Below, piece after piece: positions 1 through 9,723 of a stretch of DNA of 59,235 nt. The stretch is taken from positions 1-59,235 of the IMG/VR virus record IMGVR_UViG_3300017774_004719. The stretch is one strand, 5' to 3'. The stretch is from a virus. Taxonomy: Duplodnaviria > Caudoviricetes. The position numbers and the translations under genes are program-made. The first letter of the stretch is position 1; each line of letters begins with the position of its first letter. The notes beneath the pieces are model-generated. The model was not told the DNA's origin, ran no database searches, and saw only the letters and a program-made list of their open reading frames with translations.

Positions 1-123
1 CGGCCGCCGGCGGTGCGTTCGCCAGCTCGCAGGCCGGCACGGTTGCCAAGGCCGGCAGCGCGTGGCGCCGGCGCCGCAGCGGCATGGCGGTTTGACGTTC
101 CGGGCATGGCCTGATTCAAGCCC
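1..123. repeat. Terminal overlap, identical to 59113-59235 (circular assembly)
   Basis: The first 123 nt match the last 123 nt, and the overlap lies across the 3' end of the large terminase gene. Confidence 0.95.
96..110 (+). promoter_or_regulatory. Late-module motif CGTTCCGGGCATGGC, copy 1 (same site as 59208-59222)
   Basis: 15-mer directly after the terL stop and upstream of the AAGGAG RBS of the 143 ORF. Confidence 0.75.
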
Positions 124-142
124 CATCGACAAGGAGACTCCC

Positions 143-397
143 ATGGACATGAGTAAGCACAGCTTCTCCGCCGCCCTTGAAATGCTCAAGGATGGCGAGC
201 GAGTTGCCCGGCACGGCTGGAACGGCAAAGGCATGTGGGTTGCGCTCCAGCGTCCCGACGCGCACAGCAAGATGACGATGCCTTATCTGTTCATCGAGTA
301 CCCGGCTGGACATCCTGCCTACCCGCAGGGCTCGCGCGTTCCATGGCTGGCCAGTCAAACCGACCTGCTGGCCGATGACTGGGTGATGGTTTCATGA
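143..397 (+). CDS. DUF2829 / Tad2-like anti-defence sponge protein
   Basis: Signature F..AL..LK.G.RVAR.GWNGKGMW...PYL...VPWLASQTDLLADDW; AAGGAG RBS before ATG 143. Confidence 0.8.
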   Translation: MDMSKHSFSAALEMLKDGERVARHGWNGKGMWVALQRPDAHSKMTMPYLFIEYPAGHPAYPQGSRVPWLASQTDLLADDWVMVS

Positions 398-588
398 GCT
401 ACGCCGTCAAGGCCCTGGAGGATCGCTTCAATCGCCTGACGCGCGAAAGGGAGATCACGCAAGGCGAGGTGGATACCGCCAAAGAAGAACTGACAACCGC
501 CGAGCGGGAGTTGGCCGAGATTGACGCCAACATGCGGGCGGTTCTAGATGCCATTGAAGCGCTGCAGCAGGCAAAGGGCTCCCCATGA
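394..588 (+). CDS. Small coiled-coil hypothetical protein
   Basis: ATGA overlaps with both neighbours; heptad-like sequence. Confidence 0.7.
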   Translation: MSYAVKALEDRFNRLTREREITQGEVDTAKEELTTAERELAEIDANMRAVLDAIEALQQAKGSP

Positions 589-752
589 AGCCCATGACCC
601 TGACCATCTACCAAGCCGCCGACGGCTGGCGCTGGCGGCTGAAGGCCAGCAATGGCCGCATCGTGGCGGATGGCGGCGAGGCCTACCGCACCAAGGCCAA
701 CGCCCGGCGCGCGGTCAAGCGCCTGTTGGCAGCGGTGATCGTGCTGGAGTGA
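585..752 (+). CDS. DUF1508/YegP-like small protein (55 aa, not in ORF track)
   Basis: Hand translation MKPMTLTIYQAADGWRWRLKASNGRIVADGGEAYRTKANARRAVKRL matches the WRWRL.A.NG.I.A..GE.Y pattern. Confidence 0.8.
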   Translation: MKPMTLTIYQAADGWRWRLKASNGRIVADGGEAYRTKANARRAVKRLLAAVIVLE

Positions 753-766
753 GCCCAAGCCCGGGG

Positions 767-781
767 CGTTCCGGGCATGGC
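767..781 (+). promoter_or_regulatory. Late-module motif, copy 2
   Basis: CGTTCCGGGCATGGC in the intergenic gap ahead of the 814 ORF and portal. Confidence 0.75.
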
Positions 782-813
782 AATGTGCCGGCAGTCTCAA
801 AACCGGGGTTGCC

Positions 814-1266
814 ATGGGCGTTTCACTTGATCTGCGCAAGGCGCACCACTCGCGCGTCCACGGCGACATCGTGGCCGTCCAAACCTGGGTTAACGATGAG
901 CGCAGCCTGGTGCTGCTGCCCACGCACCGCAAGGATGCCGGCTGGTACATCCTGGGCGAGTCGGCTGCGTGGAAGTGGAACATCAACGCCATCGACCCGA
1001 CCGAGCGCAATACGGTCCTGACCCACGCCGACAACCAAGCCCGCATCGCTTGCATGATGCTGGGCATCGAGGCGACCCTGCGCAACCGCGCCCGGATCGT
1101 CAACATCATCACCGACACCCTGCCGGACTTGATCCGCATGCCTGCCGCCCCCGAGCAGGAGTTCATTGACGCGGCGTTCGGTGAGATGCGCCTGATGGCC
1201 GATGGCCAAGTCATCAAGGCCGAGGACATCAAGGTGCAGAAGGCCGCGGGCGCCACCTATGGCTGA
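814..1266 (+). CDS. Hypothetical phage protein preceding portal
   Basis: Phage-like codon usage; overlaps the portal start. Confidence 0.75.
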   Translation: MGVSLDLRKAHHSRVHGDIVAVQTWVNDERSLVLLPTHRKDAGWYILGESAAWKWNINAIDPTERNTVLTHADNQARIACMMLGIEATLRNRARIVNIITDTLPDLIRMPAAPEQEFIDAAFGEMRLMADGQVIKAEDIKVQKAAGATYG

Positions 1267-3934
1267 CCCGATCGACTTCAGCCAGGCCAAGGCCGTGCGC
1301 GGCCGAGCCCCCGGCGACCAATACCAAGGCGACATCGAAGGCCCCAACTCCACCGATGTCGTGGAGCTGCGCGCGCACGTCATGGACCAAGCGGCAGCCC
1401 GCAAGCTGCACCGCCAGCTGCTGGAGTGGTACTACATCGAGCGCGAGCGCCAAGCCATGAACCGGCAGGAGATGGCCACCGACGTGGACTTCTACGACAA
1501 CCTGCAGTGGAACAACGACGACGCGGTGGCTGTGCGCGAGCGCGGCCAGATGCCCCTGGTCTACAACGAAGTCGCGCCGATGGTGGACTGGCTGGTGGGC
1601 ACCGAGCGCCGCGCCCGCGTGGACTGGCGCGTGCTGCCCCGCACCGAGGATGACGTGGACATCGCCGACACCAAGACCAAGGTGTTGAAGTACGTGGCCG
1701 ACATCAACCGGACGGTGTTCAACCGCTCCCGGGCTTTCTCGGACACGATCAAGGCCGGCGTGGGCTGGGTGGACGACGGCGTGCGGGATGACCCGACCGA
1801 GGACATCCTGTACTCCAAGTGGGAGGACTGGCGCTGCGTGCTGTGGGACAGCATGAGCAAGGAGCTCGACCTGAGCGACGCGCGCTACCTGTTCCGCTGG
1901 CGCTGGGTGGACGTGGACATCGCCATCGCCATGTTCCCTGACCGTGAGCAGGCCATCCGCCGCGCAGCCGAGGACAACCCGGCTTGGTTCAGCGACGAGG
2001 ATGAGGACGAGTGGCAATCCGCCACCGGCCCGCTGGAGGCCGAGGTCAATGGCCGCCTGTACGCATCGGGCGCTGGCCTGGTGGTGGACGCTCGCCGCCC
2101 GCGGGTGAAGCTGATCGAGGCCCAGTACCGCATGCCGGTCAGGACCAAGGTGGTGGCCGATGGCCCGTTCCGCGGCGTGCCGATGGACGACCGGGACGCC
2201 GTGCTGATGGAAGCCGTGCGCTCTGGCGCCGTCACCAGCATCGTGGACAAGGTGATGATGCGCATGCACGGCGCGGTGTTCACCGAGGGCGCCATGCTCG
2301 CGGCCAGCCCGACGATCTTCCGGCACAACAAGTTCAGCCTCACGCCGATCTGGTGCTACCGCCGCGGGCGGGATCAGATGCCCTACGGGATCATCCGCCG
2401 GGTCCGCGACATCCAGCAGGACTTGAACAAGCGCGCATCGAAAGCGCTGTTCATGCTCAACACCAACCAAGTGGTGATGGACGAGGGCGCCGTCGATGAC
2501 ATCGAGGCCACCCGCGACGAGGTGGACCGCCCGGACGGGGTGATCGTCAAGCGGCAGGGCAAGGCCTTCGAGATCCGGCGCGACACCGATGCGGCATCGG
2601 GCCAGATCAACATGATGACGCTGGCGGCGCAGACGATCCAGAAGGCCGCCGGCGTGGCCGACGAGAACCTGGGCCGCCAGACCAACGCCGTGAGCGGCGA
2701 GGCCATCAAGGCCCGCCAGCTGCAGGGCTCTGTTGTCACCACCGAGCCGCTGGACAACCTGCGCTTTGCCACGCAGCTGCAGGGTGAGAAGCAACTGAGC
2801 CTCACCGAGCAGTTCTACACCGGTGAAAAGGTGATCCGCCTGACCGGCGCCAAGGGTGCCTTGGAGTGGGTGCGCATCAACGAGCCGGAGATGGCCGAGG
2901 ACGGTTCGGTGCGGTTCATCAACGACATCACCGCCAGCCAAGCCGACTTTCAGGTGAGCGAGCAGGACTACAGCGGCACGCTGCGCCAGGTCATGTTTGA
3001 GAACCTGAACCAGATGGCCATGAAGCTGCCGCCCGAGGTGAGCCTGCGCCTGCTGACCATCGCGCTGGAGTTCTCGGACTTGCCCAACAAGGACGAAGTG
3101 GCGGACATGATTCGCCGCATCACCGGCGAGCGCGACCCCAACAAGGAGATGTCGCCCGAGGAAGCCGCCCAGGCCGAGGAGCAGATGCGCCAGCAGGCCG
3201 AGGCGCTGCAGTTCCAACGCGAGCAGGCCATGGCCAGCCTTGAGGAACAGCGCGCCAAGGTGCGCCAGATCAACGCCCAGGCCGCCAAGCTGGAGGCCGA
3301 GGCCCAAGCAGCCTTTGGCGACGATGGTGTGGGCATGCCGCCTGAGGTGGCCCAGGCCTTTGACGAGATGCGTGAGCAGGCCATGCAAGCGCAGAAGCAG
3401 GCCGCCGACGAGATGGACCGCTTGGGCCAGCAGCTGGCCAAGGCACAGAGCGAGCTGGCGAACCGCACGCTGGCGCTGACCAAGGATGCCGACACCAAGC
3501 GCGAGGTGGCCCTGATCGACGCCGACACCCGCGTGCGCGTGGCCGAAATCCAGAAGGCCAGCGACGCCAAGCTGGACCCCATCCTCAAGCGGATGGACGG
3601 CCTGGTGCAGCAGGTGGCCGACGCCAACAAGCGCGCCGACGAGGCCGCAAGCCTGGCGGACAAGAACGCCAAGCTGGCCGAAAAGGCCGCCAAGGACGCA
3701 GCCGAGGCCAAGGCCAAGGCGATGGAGAAGCCCGAGCCGGCGCCTGCGCCAGCTGCAGCACCTGCAGCCGCACCGGCAGCAGCGCCCGCTGGCGACACCA
3801 CGATCCAAGTGAACGTAGGCGGCGAGGAGAAGGAAGTCGTCATCAACCGCGGCGCGGACGGCAAGATCGCCGGCGCGACCGTCAAACCCAAAGCACAGCC
3901 AAAGAAGGCTTCCTCCAGCAACAAGAAGGAGTAA
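1259..3934 (+). CDS. Portal protein with long C-terminal coiled-coil and Pro/Ala extension
   Basis: P22-like portal motifs (D.DFYDNLQW, RGQMPLVYN, RVRDIQQDLNKR.SK, NAVSGEAI.ARQ.QG); position after terminase. Start MADPIDF at 1259. Confidence 0.9.
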   Translation: MADPIDFSQAKAVRGRAPGDQYQGDIEGPNSTDVVELRAHVMDQAAARKLHRQLLEWYYIERERQAMNRQEMATDVDFYDNLQWNNDDAVAVRERGQMPLVYNEVAPMVDWLVGTERRARVDWRVLPRTEDDVDIADTKTKVLKYVADINRTVFNRSRAFSDTIKAGVGWVDDGVRDDPTEDILYSKWEDWRCVLWDSMSKELDLSDARYLFRWRWVDVDIAIAMFPDREQAIRRAAEDNPAWFSDEDEDEWQSATGPLEAEVNGRLYASGAGLVVDARRPRVKLIEAQYRMPVRTKVVADGPFRGVPMDDRDAVLMEAVRSGAVTSIVDKVMMRMHGAVFTEGAMLAASPTIFRHNKFSLTPIWCYRRGRDQMPYGIIRRVRDIQQDLNKRASKALFMLNTNQVVMDEGAVDDIEATRDEVDRPDGVIVKRQGKAFEIRRDTDAASGQINMMTLAAQTIQKAAGVADENLGRQTNAVSGEAIKARQLQGSVVTTEPLDNLRFATQLQGEKQLSLTEQFYTGEKVIRLTGAKGALEWVRINEPEMAEDGSVRFINDITASQADFQVSEQDYSGTLRQVMFENLNQMAMKLPPEVSLRLLTIALEFSDLPNKDEVADMIRRITGERDPNKEMSPEEAAQAEEQMRQQAEALQFQREQAMASLEEQRAKVRQINAQAAKLEAEAQAAFGDDGVGMPPEVAQAFDEMREQAMQAQKQAADEMDRLGQQLAKAQSELANRTLALTKDADTKREVALIDADTRVRVAEIQKASDAKLDPILKRMDGLVQQVADANKRADEAASLADKNAKLAEKAAKDAAEAKAKAMEKPEPAPAPAAAPAAAPAAAPAGDTTIQVNVGGEEKEVVINRGADGKIAGATVKPKAQPKKASSSNKKE

Positions 3935-3940
3935 GCCGAC

Positions 3941-4402
3941 ATGGCCAACATCGTTTTCAACATCGCCAAAGGGCGCGTCACCGAGCTCTATTCGCGGGTC
4001 AAGGGCAACGACCCGGCCAACTCGGCCTTCATCCTTGTGCCCATCGAGACGGCCGGCCTTGAGGCTGATTCGGTGCTGATCGACGCTGACACGCTGACCG
4101 CGCTGCTGGCCGGCACGACCAACGAGCAGACCACCATGGGCCGCAAGGTGCTGACCGATGCCGACTTGGCTGTGGTGCCGGCGCCGGACGACACCAACAA
4201 CTGGTACGAGCTGAGCCTGCCCACCGTGACGTGGGCGCTCGCCACCGGCAACCCCATCTCCAAGATCGCGGTCTGCTACGACGCCGACACCACGGGTGGC
4301 ACGGACGCCAACATCGTGCCGCTGACCATGTTCGACTTCGTGCAGACCCCGAGCGGCGGCGACATCCAGATGACGGGCGGCGCTTTCTACCGGGCAGCCT
4401 GA
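3941..4402 (+). CDS. Putative virion structural protein
   Basis: AAGGAG RBS; beta-rich Thr/Asp/Gly composition; lies in the late region. Confidence 0.65.
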   Translation: MANIVFNIAKGRVTELYSRVKGNDPANSAFILVPIETAGLEADSVLIDADTLTALLAGTTNEQTTMGRKVLTDADLAVVPAPDDTNNWYELSLPTVTWALATGNPISKIAVCYDADTTGGTDANIVPLTMFDFVQTPSGGDIQMTGGAFYRAA

Positions 4403-4404
4403 CC

Positions 4405-4893
4405 ATGATCGAGGTGTCCGGCAACCAAGTCCGCCCGCACATGGTGTTCGCCGTGGCGCGGCGCCGCAACCTGGGCTCGCTCATCACCCGATGGGCCGAC
4501 CCAGGCGCGCGCTGGGGGCACACCGCGTTCTTCGACCAAGAGCGCGGCGTGATGATCGAAGCGCTGCTGTTCAAGGGCGTTGTCGAGACGCCGGTCAAGC
4601 GGTGGGTGGCGCACTACCCGAGCTTCAAGTTCTTCGCGGTGAACGTGCCGCACCCGACGCTGGGCACGCTGTGGCAGCGCATGCAAGTCGGCAAGGGGTA
4701 CGACTACCTGGGCGCCACCTCCGTGCCGCTGCGCGCGTCCTGGCAAAACGACGACCGCTGGTATTGCTCGGAGAAGGAAACGATGAGCGTCATCAAGGCG
4801 GGCCGCAACTGGATCGTTGACCCGCAGCGCGGTGTGCACCCGCACGACTTCTGGCGCTTCGCCAGCGCCGACGCAGAGCACCAGACGGAGTGA
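4405..4893 (+). CDS. Permuted papain-like amidase (YaeF/YiiX, NlpC/P60-related)
   Basis: His before Cys order: WGHTAFF ... MIEA ... GKGYDY ... WYCSE. Confidence 0.75.
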   Translation: MIEVSGNQVRPHMVFAVARRRNLGSLITRWADPGARWGHTAFFDQERGVMIEALLFKGVVETPVKRWVAHYPSFKFFAVNVPHPTLGTLWQRMQVGKGYDYLGATSVPLRASWQNDDRWYCSEKETMSVIKAGRNWIVDPQRGVHPHDFWRFASADAEHQTE

Positions 4894-5339
4894 CCATGAC
4901 ACTCAAGACCGAACTGACCACCGACCCTGCGGGCCTGGGCTACGACCTGGGCGACCACGCGCAGATCGAGGCGCTCATCAACGCCAAGGACCGCAGCCAT
5001 GTGGTGAGCCACTTCGCTTCCGAGCGAGGCATCCTTGATCGCTACCCCGGCGGGCCTGCTGCTGCCGATGCGCTGCTGGTCAAGTTGGAGCAGTTCGCTG
5101 CGTCCGCGAACCCAATGGCCGGCATTGTCAAGCGAGCCCTGAAGTTCCTCGGCACGCCCGAAGGCATCGACCTGGGGAGTAACGGTGTGCAGAGCATGCT
5201 GACCGCGCTGACCCCCTCGCTCCTGACCACGGCCGAGCGCGATGGTCTGCGCTCAATGGCGACCCGAGCTTGCAGCCGTGCCGAGCAGATCGGCATGGGC
5301 TACGTCACCGACACGATGATCCGCGAGGCGCTGGCATGA
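4890..5339 (+). CDS. Hypothetical protein
   Basis: Translationally coupled ORF in the late block; start at 4890 or 4896. Confidence 0.7.
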   Translation: MTMTLKTELTTDPAGLGYDLGDHAQIEALINAKDRSHVVSHFASERGILDRYPGGPAAADALLVKLEQFAASANPMAGIVKRALKFLGTPEGIDLGSNGVQSMLTALTPSLLTTAERDGLRSMATRACSRAEQIGMGYVTDTMIREALA

Positions 5340-5836
5340 CGACGAACTACCGGGCATCAAGCGCCGTTGCCATCACGCTGGCTTCGCTCGCAAGCAGCAG
5401 CGGCCTGACCGTTGGCCGGTGCTCTGCTGCGGTGTCCAACGCCACCAACAAAGACGACTTCGTGCTCCCAGCGCTGCGCACCCGCAGTGGGGGCACCATC
5501 GTTGCTGGTGGTGGCATCGAGCTTTGGGCGTTCGCCCAGCGCGCCGATGGCAACTGGCCGGAGCTTTTCACCGCAGCCTACACGGGCTTGGATGCGGCTT
5601 TCACGGTCAACAACCGTGACGCCCTGCTTGCCGGCGCGGTGCTAGTTGGCAGCGTGGCGCAGACCGACGCAACCGCCCGCGACTATGTGATCCGTGGCCG
5701 TGAGTTGTCCCAGGTGTTTGGTGCGGTGCCTCAGAACTTCGCGTTCTTCGTGACGCACAACATGGGCGTCTCGGCCATCTTGGATGGCACCGCTGGCAAC
5801 CATGTGCTGACCATCAACCCAGGCAACTACACCTGA
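5336..5836 (+). CDS. Hypothetical beta-rich structural protein
   Basis: ATGA overlap with the upstream ORF; begins MTTNYRAS. Confidence 0.7.
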   Translation: MTTNYRASSAVAITLASLASSSGLTVGRCSAAVSNATNKDDFVLPALRTRSGGTIVAGGGIELWAFAQRADGNWPELFTAAYTGLDAAFTVNNRDALLAGAVLVGSVAQTDATARDYVIRGRELSQVFGAVPQNFAFFVTHNMGVSAILDGTAGNHVLTINPGNYT

Positions 5837-5839
5837 GCC

Positions 5840-6964
5840 ATGCCGCGCCGCGTTCATTACCGCGAGCGGGTCGATCAGCCGCAGGGAGCGGTTGGGGCGG
5901 CAGATGTGTTTGGCCTGCGAGTGACGTTCTTGCACACGCCGAGCATGGGCGCCATTGAAACCGGGAGCGGCCTACGCAGGAACGGCGTTCTTGGTGCAGG
6001 CGCATCCATCGAGTCCATGGGCGGCGGCGAAGCGGCGTATCGCTTCACTGGCGGGCAGGCTTCCGGCGCGTGTTCCTTTGGCGTGGCGCGGGCAACCCGC
6101 AGCAGCGGCTCTTTCGTGACCCTGGTTCGGTTTCGATTGAACGTGATGGGTGATGCGAAGCCTTTCTCATGCTGGGGCTCCAACGGCAACTTCCTGACCG
6201 CGACCAGCCCAGCCGGGGAAATCACCACCGCATGCGGTGATGCGGTCAACGGGTCCATCTATGCGCGGGCGACCAGCGGGCTCGGTTTGCAGGCCGGTGT
6301 TGTCTATACCGTCGCCCTTGGCTACGTGGGTGGAAACCCCCCAGCGTTTACCGGAGCGGTCAACGGACGGCCACTCACATTCCCGACGAGCGTGGTGGCG
6401 ATTGGCGATGCCAGCCTGCTTCGAGATTCGGCTGTCAGAACCACCCAAATCGGGATCGCGGATGACGGCAATCCGATGAATGGCTTCGCGTCCATTGCTG
6501 GCGTGCTTATCGGCCGCCACACGCAGGCGATGCTCAACACCATCAGCGCAAATCCTTGGATGGTTGCCGAGCTTGCCCGTCGCAACCTCAACCCCGTCGC
6601 CGCGATCACGGTCTACCGCCCAGGCTCGGACGTTGGTATCTCGGGCTGGACCGCCGTGGGCGCGGCCACGCGCGCCGCAGCCCTGGCCGACGAGAGCGGC
6701 GCCACTTACGCCGAGTCGCCAGACCTGAGCACGCCCGACACGCAGACGTGGATAACGCCGTTCCCCGCTGGGCCGGTGTCCCTTGAAGTCACGGCCGCGC
6801 GCACGGACACCGCTGGAGCGCTGCGCATCGTGTTCCTTGACGCGGGCGGCGCCGCAGTCGGCGCGACCGCTTGGCAGACCCTCACCGGCACGCCGACCGA
6901 CTACACGCTGACCGCCACGGTGTCGGCCGTGTCTCCCCAATTTCGCATCGAGGTTCAACCATGA
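5840..6964 (+). CDS. Possible ConA/LamG-like fibre or receptor-binding protein
   Basis: Beta-sandwich pattern (SFVTLVRF...YTVALGY...AVNG...QIG) ending in the I.ANPW motif often seen after such domains; central part has shifted codon usage. Confidence 0.5.
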   Translation: MPRRVHYRERVDQPQGAVGAADVFGLRVTFLHTPSMGAIETGSGLRRNGVLGAGASIESMGGGEAAYRFTGGQASGACSFGVARATRSSGSFVTLVRFRLNVMGDAKPFSCWGSNGNFLTATSPAGEITTACGDAVNGSIYARATSGLGLQAGVVYTVALGYVGGNPPAFTGAVNGRPLTFPTSVVAIGDASLLRDSAVRTTQIGIADDGNPMNGFASIAGVLIGRHTQAMLNTISANPWMVAELARRNLNPVAAITVYRPGSDVGISGWTAVGAATRAAALADESGATYAESPDLSTPDTQTWITPFPAGPVSLEVTAARTDTAGALRIVFLDAGGAAVGATAWQTLTGTPTDYTLTATVSAVSPQFRIEVQP

Positions 6965-8574
6965 CTTACGGAACCACCGAGTTCAACCCAGGTACTGGCG
7001 GCGACAGGCTGCTGAACGACGCCCTCGGCACCGTGGACGGCGCGGCTGCGCCGCTGAACGCCAAGGTGCAGGCTTCCAAGCTGGTCTACGGGGCATCGGG
7101 CGAGGCGATCAGCGTCACCGAAACCAGGGGCCTGCCGGTGGCGAACGTGTCCCCGACCTTCTGGCGCGTGGGCTTTGCCGAGTCGGGGTCCGGCCTGCAA
7201 GGTTTGGCCGCTGCCGAGATGACACTGGTGCAGACGGGCGCCGGCATGGCCGTTTCACAGTCGGGCGGGAACTTGGTCATCACCACCGGCACCACGGCAA
7301 ACAGCGAAACCGTGCTGCGGTCCAACCTGACATTCCGGGGCGCGCTGCTGGCGCGCTACAAGGCCATCCTGTCGCAGCGGATCGTCAACCAGACGTTCCG
7401 GTTTGAACTGGCCGACCTGATCGGCACCGGGCTGTCGTACACCATCAACAGCGCCACCAGCGTCACGGTAACCTTCCCCACGACCAACCCATTCACGGCG
7501 GCCAACGTGGGGCAGTTCTTGCGCCTTTCGGTCATCACGGGCGCGGCGGGCATCCCTGGGCGCTACGCCATCGCCTCAGTCTCGGGTCTGACCGTGACCT
7601 TCACGGTCGCAGCGTGGCCAGCCACCGGCACCGGCACGCTGACCCTGTACGGCCACAACTGGCTCGCCAACGAGTACAGCGGCACCACCGTGACCAACAG
7701 CAGCTTCGACTGCCAGCGGCGCGGCTGGAACAGTGGCAACACCACGGCGACGATTAGCACCACGGCGTCCCCCGGCCATGTCGCGCAAATTGCGTTCGAT
7801 GTGATGGCCGCGTCACTTGCCGACGCCCTGGTGGCGTCCAATGCGGGCTATCAGTGGTCCAACCGGGCCAGCCGCATCGAGAACGTCCCCGACGAGGATG
7901 TGAACCTGCATTTCTTTTTGGTTGTGCAAAACGGCTCCACCGCGCCGGCCAGCACCACCACCCTGACTGTGGGGTTCATGCAGGTCGAAGATCAGCCGCG
8001 CCAGAAGGTGCGCACCGCCTCGGCTGACCCCGTTGGTTCGCACCCGCAGCCCGTGCAGGTCATGAACCCGGTTGGCACTGTCGGCATTACCGGCTACCCG
8101 ACCGCTGCGGCTTTGGCGGATGCCCTCGCCAACCCGACCGTGACGCAGATGGCCATGCTGGGCATGCTGTGGAACAACGCCACTTGGGACCGCACGCGCG
8201 GCAACACCGCCCTCAGCGTTGAGGCGTCCAGCGCCAAGACCACCACCGGCCAAGGTGCGACGCAGACCAACCACAACGCACGCGGGGTGCAACTGGTGGT
8301 CAATGTCAGCGCGGCCACCGGCACCAGCCCGACCCTGGTGGTGCGTGCGCAGGTGCAAGACCCCGTGAGCAGCAACTGGGTGGACATTCCTGGCGCAGCC
8401 ACCGCGTCGATCACCGGCACCGGCCAAACCCTGCTGACGATTTACCCCGGCGCGAACCCGGTGGCCAACGCTGTTGTGAGCCAGCCGCTGGGCCGCAACT
8501 TCCGGTTGGCGTGGACGATTGGCGGAACCACGCCATCGTTCACCTTCAGCGTCGGCGCGCTGTTCATCCTCTAA
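6961..8574 (+). CDS. Thr/Ser/Gly-rich virion structural protein
   Basis: 537-aa beta-rich ORF coupled by ATGA overlap. Confidence 0.65.
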   Translation: MTYGTTEFNPGTGGDRLLNDALGTVDGAAAPLNAKVQASKLVYGASGEAISVTETRGLPVANVSPTFWRVGFAESGSGLQGLAAAEMTLVQTGAGMAVSQSGGNLVITTGTTANSETVLRSNLTFRGALLARYKAILSQRIVNQTFRFELADLIGTGLSYTINSATSVTVTFPTTNPFTAANVGQFLRLSVITGAAGIPGRYAIASVSGLTVTFTVAAWPATGTGTLTLYGHNWLANEYSGTTVTNSSFDCQRRGWNSGNTTATISTTASPGHVAQIAFDVMAASLADALVASNAGYQWSNRASRIENVPDEDVNLHFFLVVQNGSTAPASTTTLTVGFMQVEDQPRQKVRTASADPVGSHPQPVQVMNPVGTVGITGYPTAAALADALANPTVTQMAMLGMLWNNATWDRTRGNTALSVEASSAKTTTGQGATQTNHNARGVQLVVNVSAATGTSPTLVVRAQVQDPVSSNWVDIPGAATASITGTGQTLLTIYPGANPVANAVVSQPLGRNFRLAWTIGGTTPSFTFSVGALFIL

Positions 8575-8577
8575 GCC

Positions 8578-9723
8578 ATGTTCTTCTGGCGGCTCGGCCT
8601 CGAAAAGTCTGGCAAGGTCCGGGTCTACCGGCTCAGTGCCACGGTAGGGACTGGCGCTGCCATCGGCGATGTTGGGCTGGCAATTGAGGCCGACACCGCA
8701 CTGGCTCTGGCCGGCGTTCAGATCCGCGCTGCGGGCCTTGCGACCGAGGCAGATGCCGCCCTGGCACTTGCAGTGGTTGCGCGCCGCGCCGCAGGCCTGG
8801 CAGTCGAGGCCGACACCGCGCTGGCCCTGGCGTCAGGGGCTGGCGCCGCCGTTGGGCTGGCCACAGAGAGTTCGACCGCCCTGGCGCTTGGGGCGGTTGT
8901 CCGCAAGGCCGTCGGCTTGGCGACCGAGGCGGACACGGCGTTCGCTCGCGCGGGCATCGCCGTTCGGGCTGCAGGCCTTGCCACTGAAACCGACGCAGCC
9001 TTCGCGCCGGCCTCTGCAGGCGGCGCGGCTGTCGGCCTGGCGGTTGAGACTGATGCTGCGCTGGCTTTGGCTGGCCGGCAGGCCAAGGCAGTGGGGGTTG
9101 CCACCGAAGCCGACACGGCCCTGGCGCTGGGCTCCGGCGCCAACGCGCAAGTGGGCCTGTCGGTGGAGGCGGACACCTCGCTGTCCTTGGTTGGCCTGCA
9201 GCGCAAGGGCCTGGGACTTGCCGCCGAAACCTCCACCGCGCTGGCGCTGGAGCCGCTGGGCCTTGGCGCCCCTGGTGTGGCCGAGGAGGTGGACGAGGCG
9301 CTGGCGCTGTCGAGTCGCTTGGTCAAGGCGGTGGGGCTCGCCACCGAATCCGAGCAGGCGCTGGCGCTGGGCGCCATCACGATCCGGGTGGCCGGGCTCG
9401 CCATCGAGTCGGGCATTGCCATCGCACGCGGCGCTGTCGGGGTTCGCCCTGTCGGCCGCGCCAGCGAGGTGGACACCGCGTTTGCCCTGGCCCCGGTGGG
9501 CGCTGGCGCGACGCCTGAGGAGCTGTGGGCGCACGTCCTTTCCAACGGCATGACGGCCGGCGACACCCTGGCCGAGACGCACGCCATGCTCATGGACCTG
9601 GCGCGCACCCATGGCCTGGTGCTGGGTGAGGATCTGACCGTGACCCCGACCCTGCGCACGGCCGGCGCCGTGATCCAGGCGCTGGCCACCGCCGCCAACA
9701 CCGTGACCGTGACGAGGCAGTAA
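8578..9723 (+). CDS. Repeat protein with 14 copies of a 20-aa unit (AVGLATEADTALAL)
   Basis: Visible 60-bp periodicity from about 8668 to 9495; C-terminal domain is paralogous to the next ORF. Confidence 0.8.
   Translation: MFFWRLGLEKSGKVRVYRLSATVGTGAAIGDVGLAIEADTALALAGVQIRAAGLATEADAALALAVVARRAAGLAVEADTALALASGAGAAVGLATESSTALALGAVVRKAVGLATEADTAFARAGIAVRAAGLATETDAAFAPASAGGAAVGLAVETDAALALAGRQAKAVGVATEADTALALGSGANAQVGLSVEADTSLSLVGLQRKGLGLAAETSTALALEPLGLGAPGVAEEVDEALALSSRLVKAVGLATESEQALALGAITIRVAGLAIESGIAIARGAVGVRPVGRASEVDTAFALAPVGAGATPEELWAHVLSNGMTAGDTLAETHAMLMDLARTHGLVLGEDLTVTPTLRTAGAVIQALATAANTVTVTRQ

Noticed and set aside
1229-3808. Long antisense ORFs (for example 1229-3808, 16589-19024, 31908-33923, 34074-36086)
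   Set aside because: Shadow frames of GC-rich real genes; no motifs or RBS, and biased Gly/His/Leu/Val content.
8668-9495. Regular 60-bp repeats as a CRISPR array
   Set aside because: They are degenerate in-frame coding repeats with no unique spacers, and no cas genes are present.
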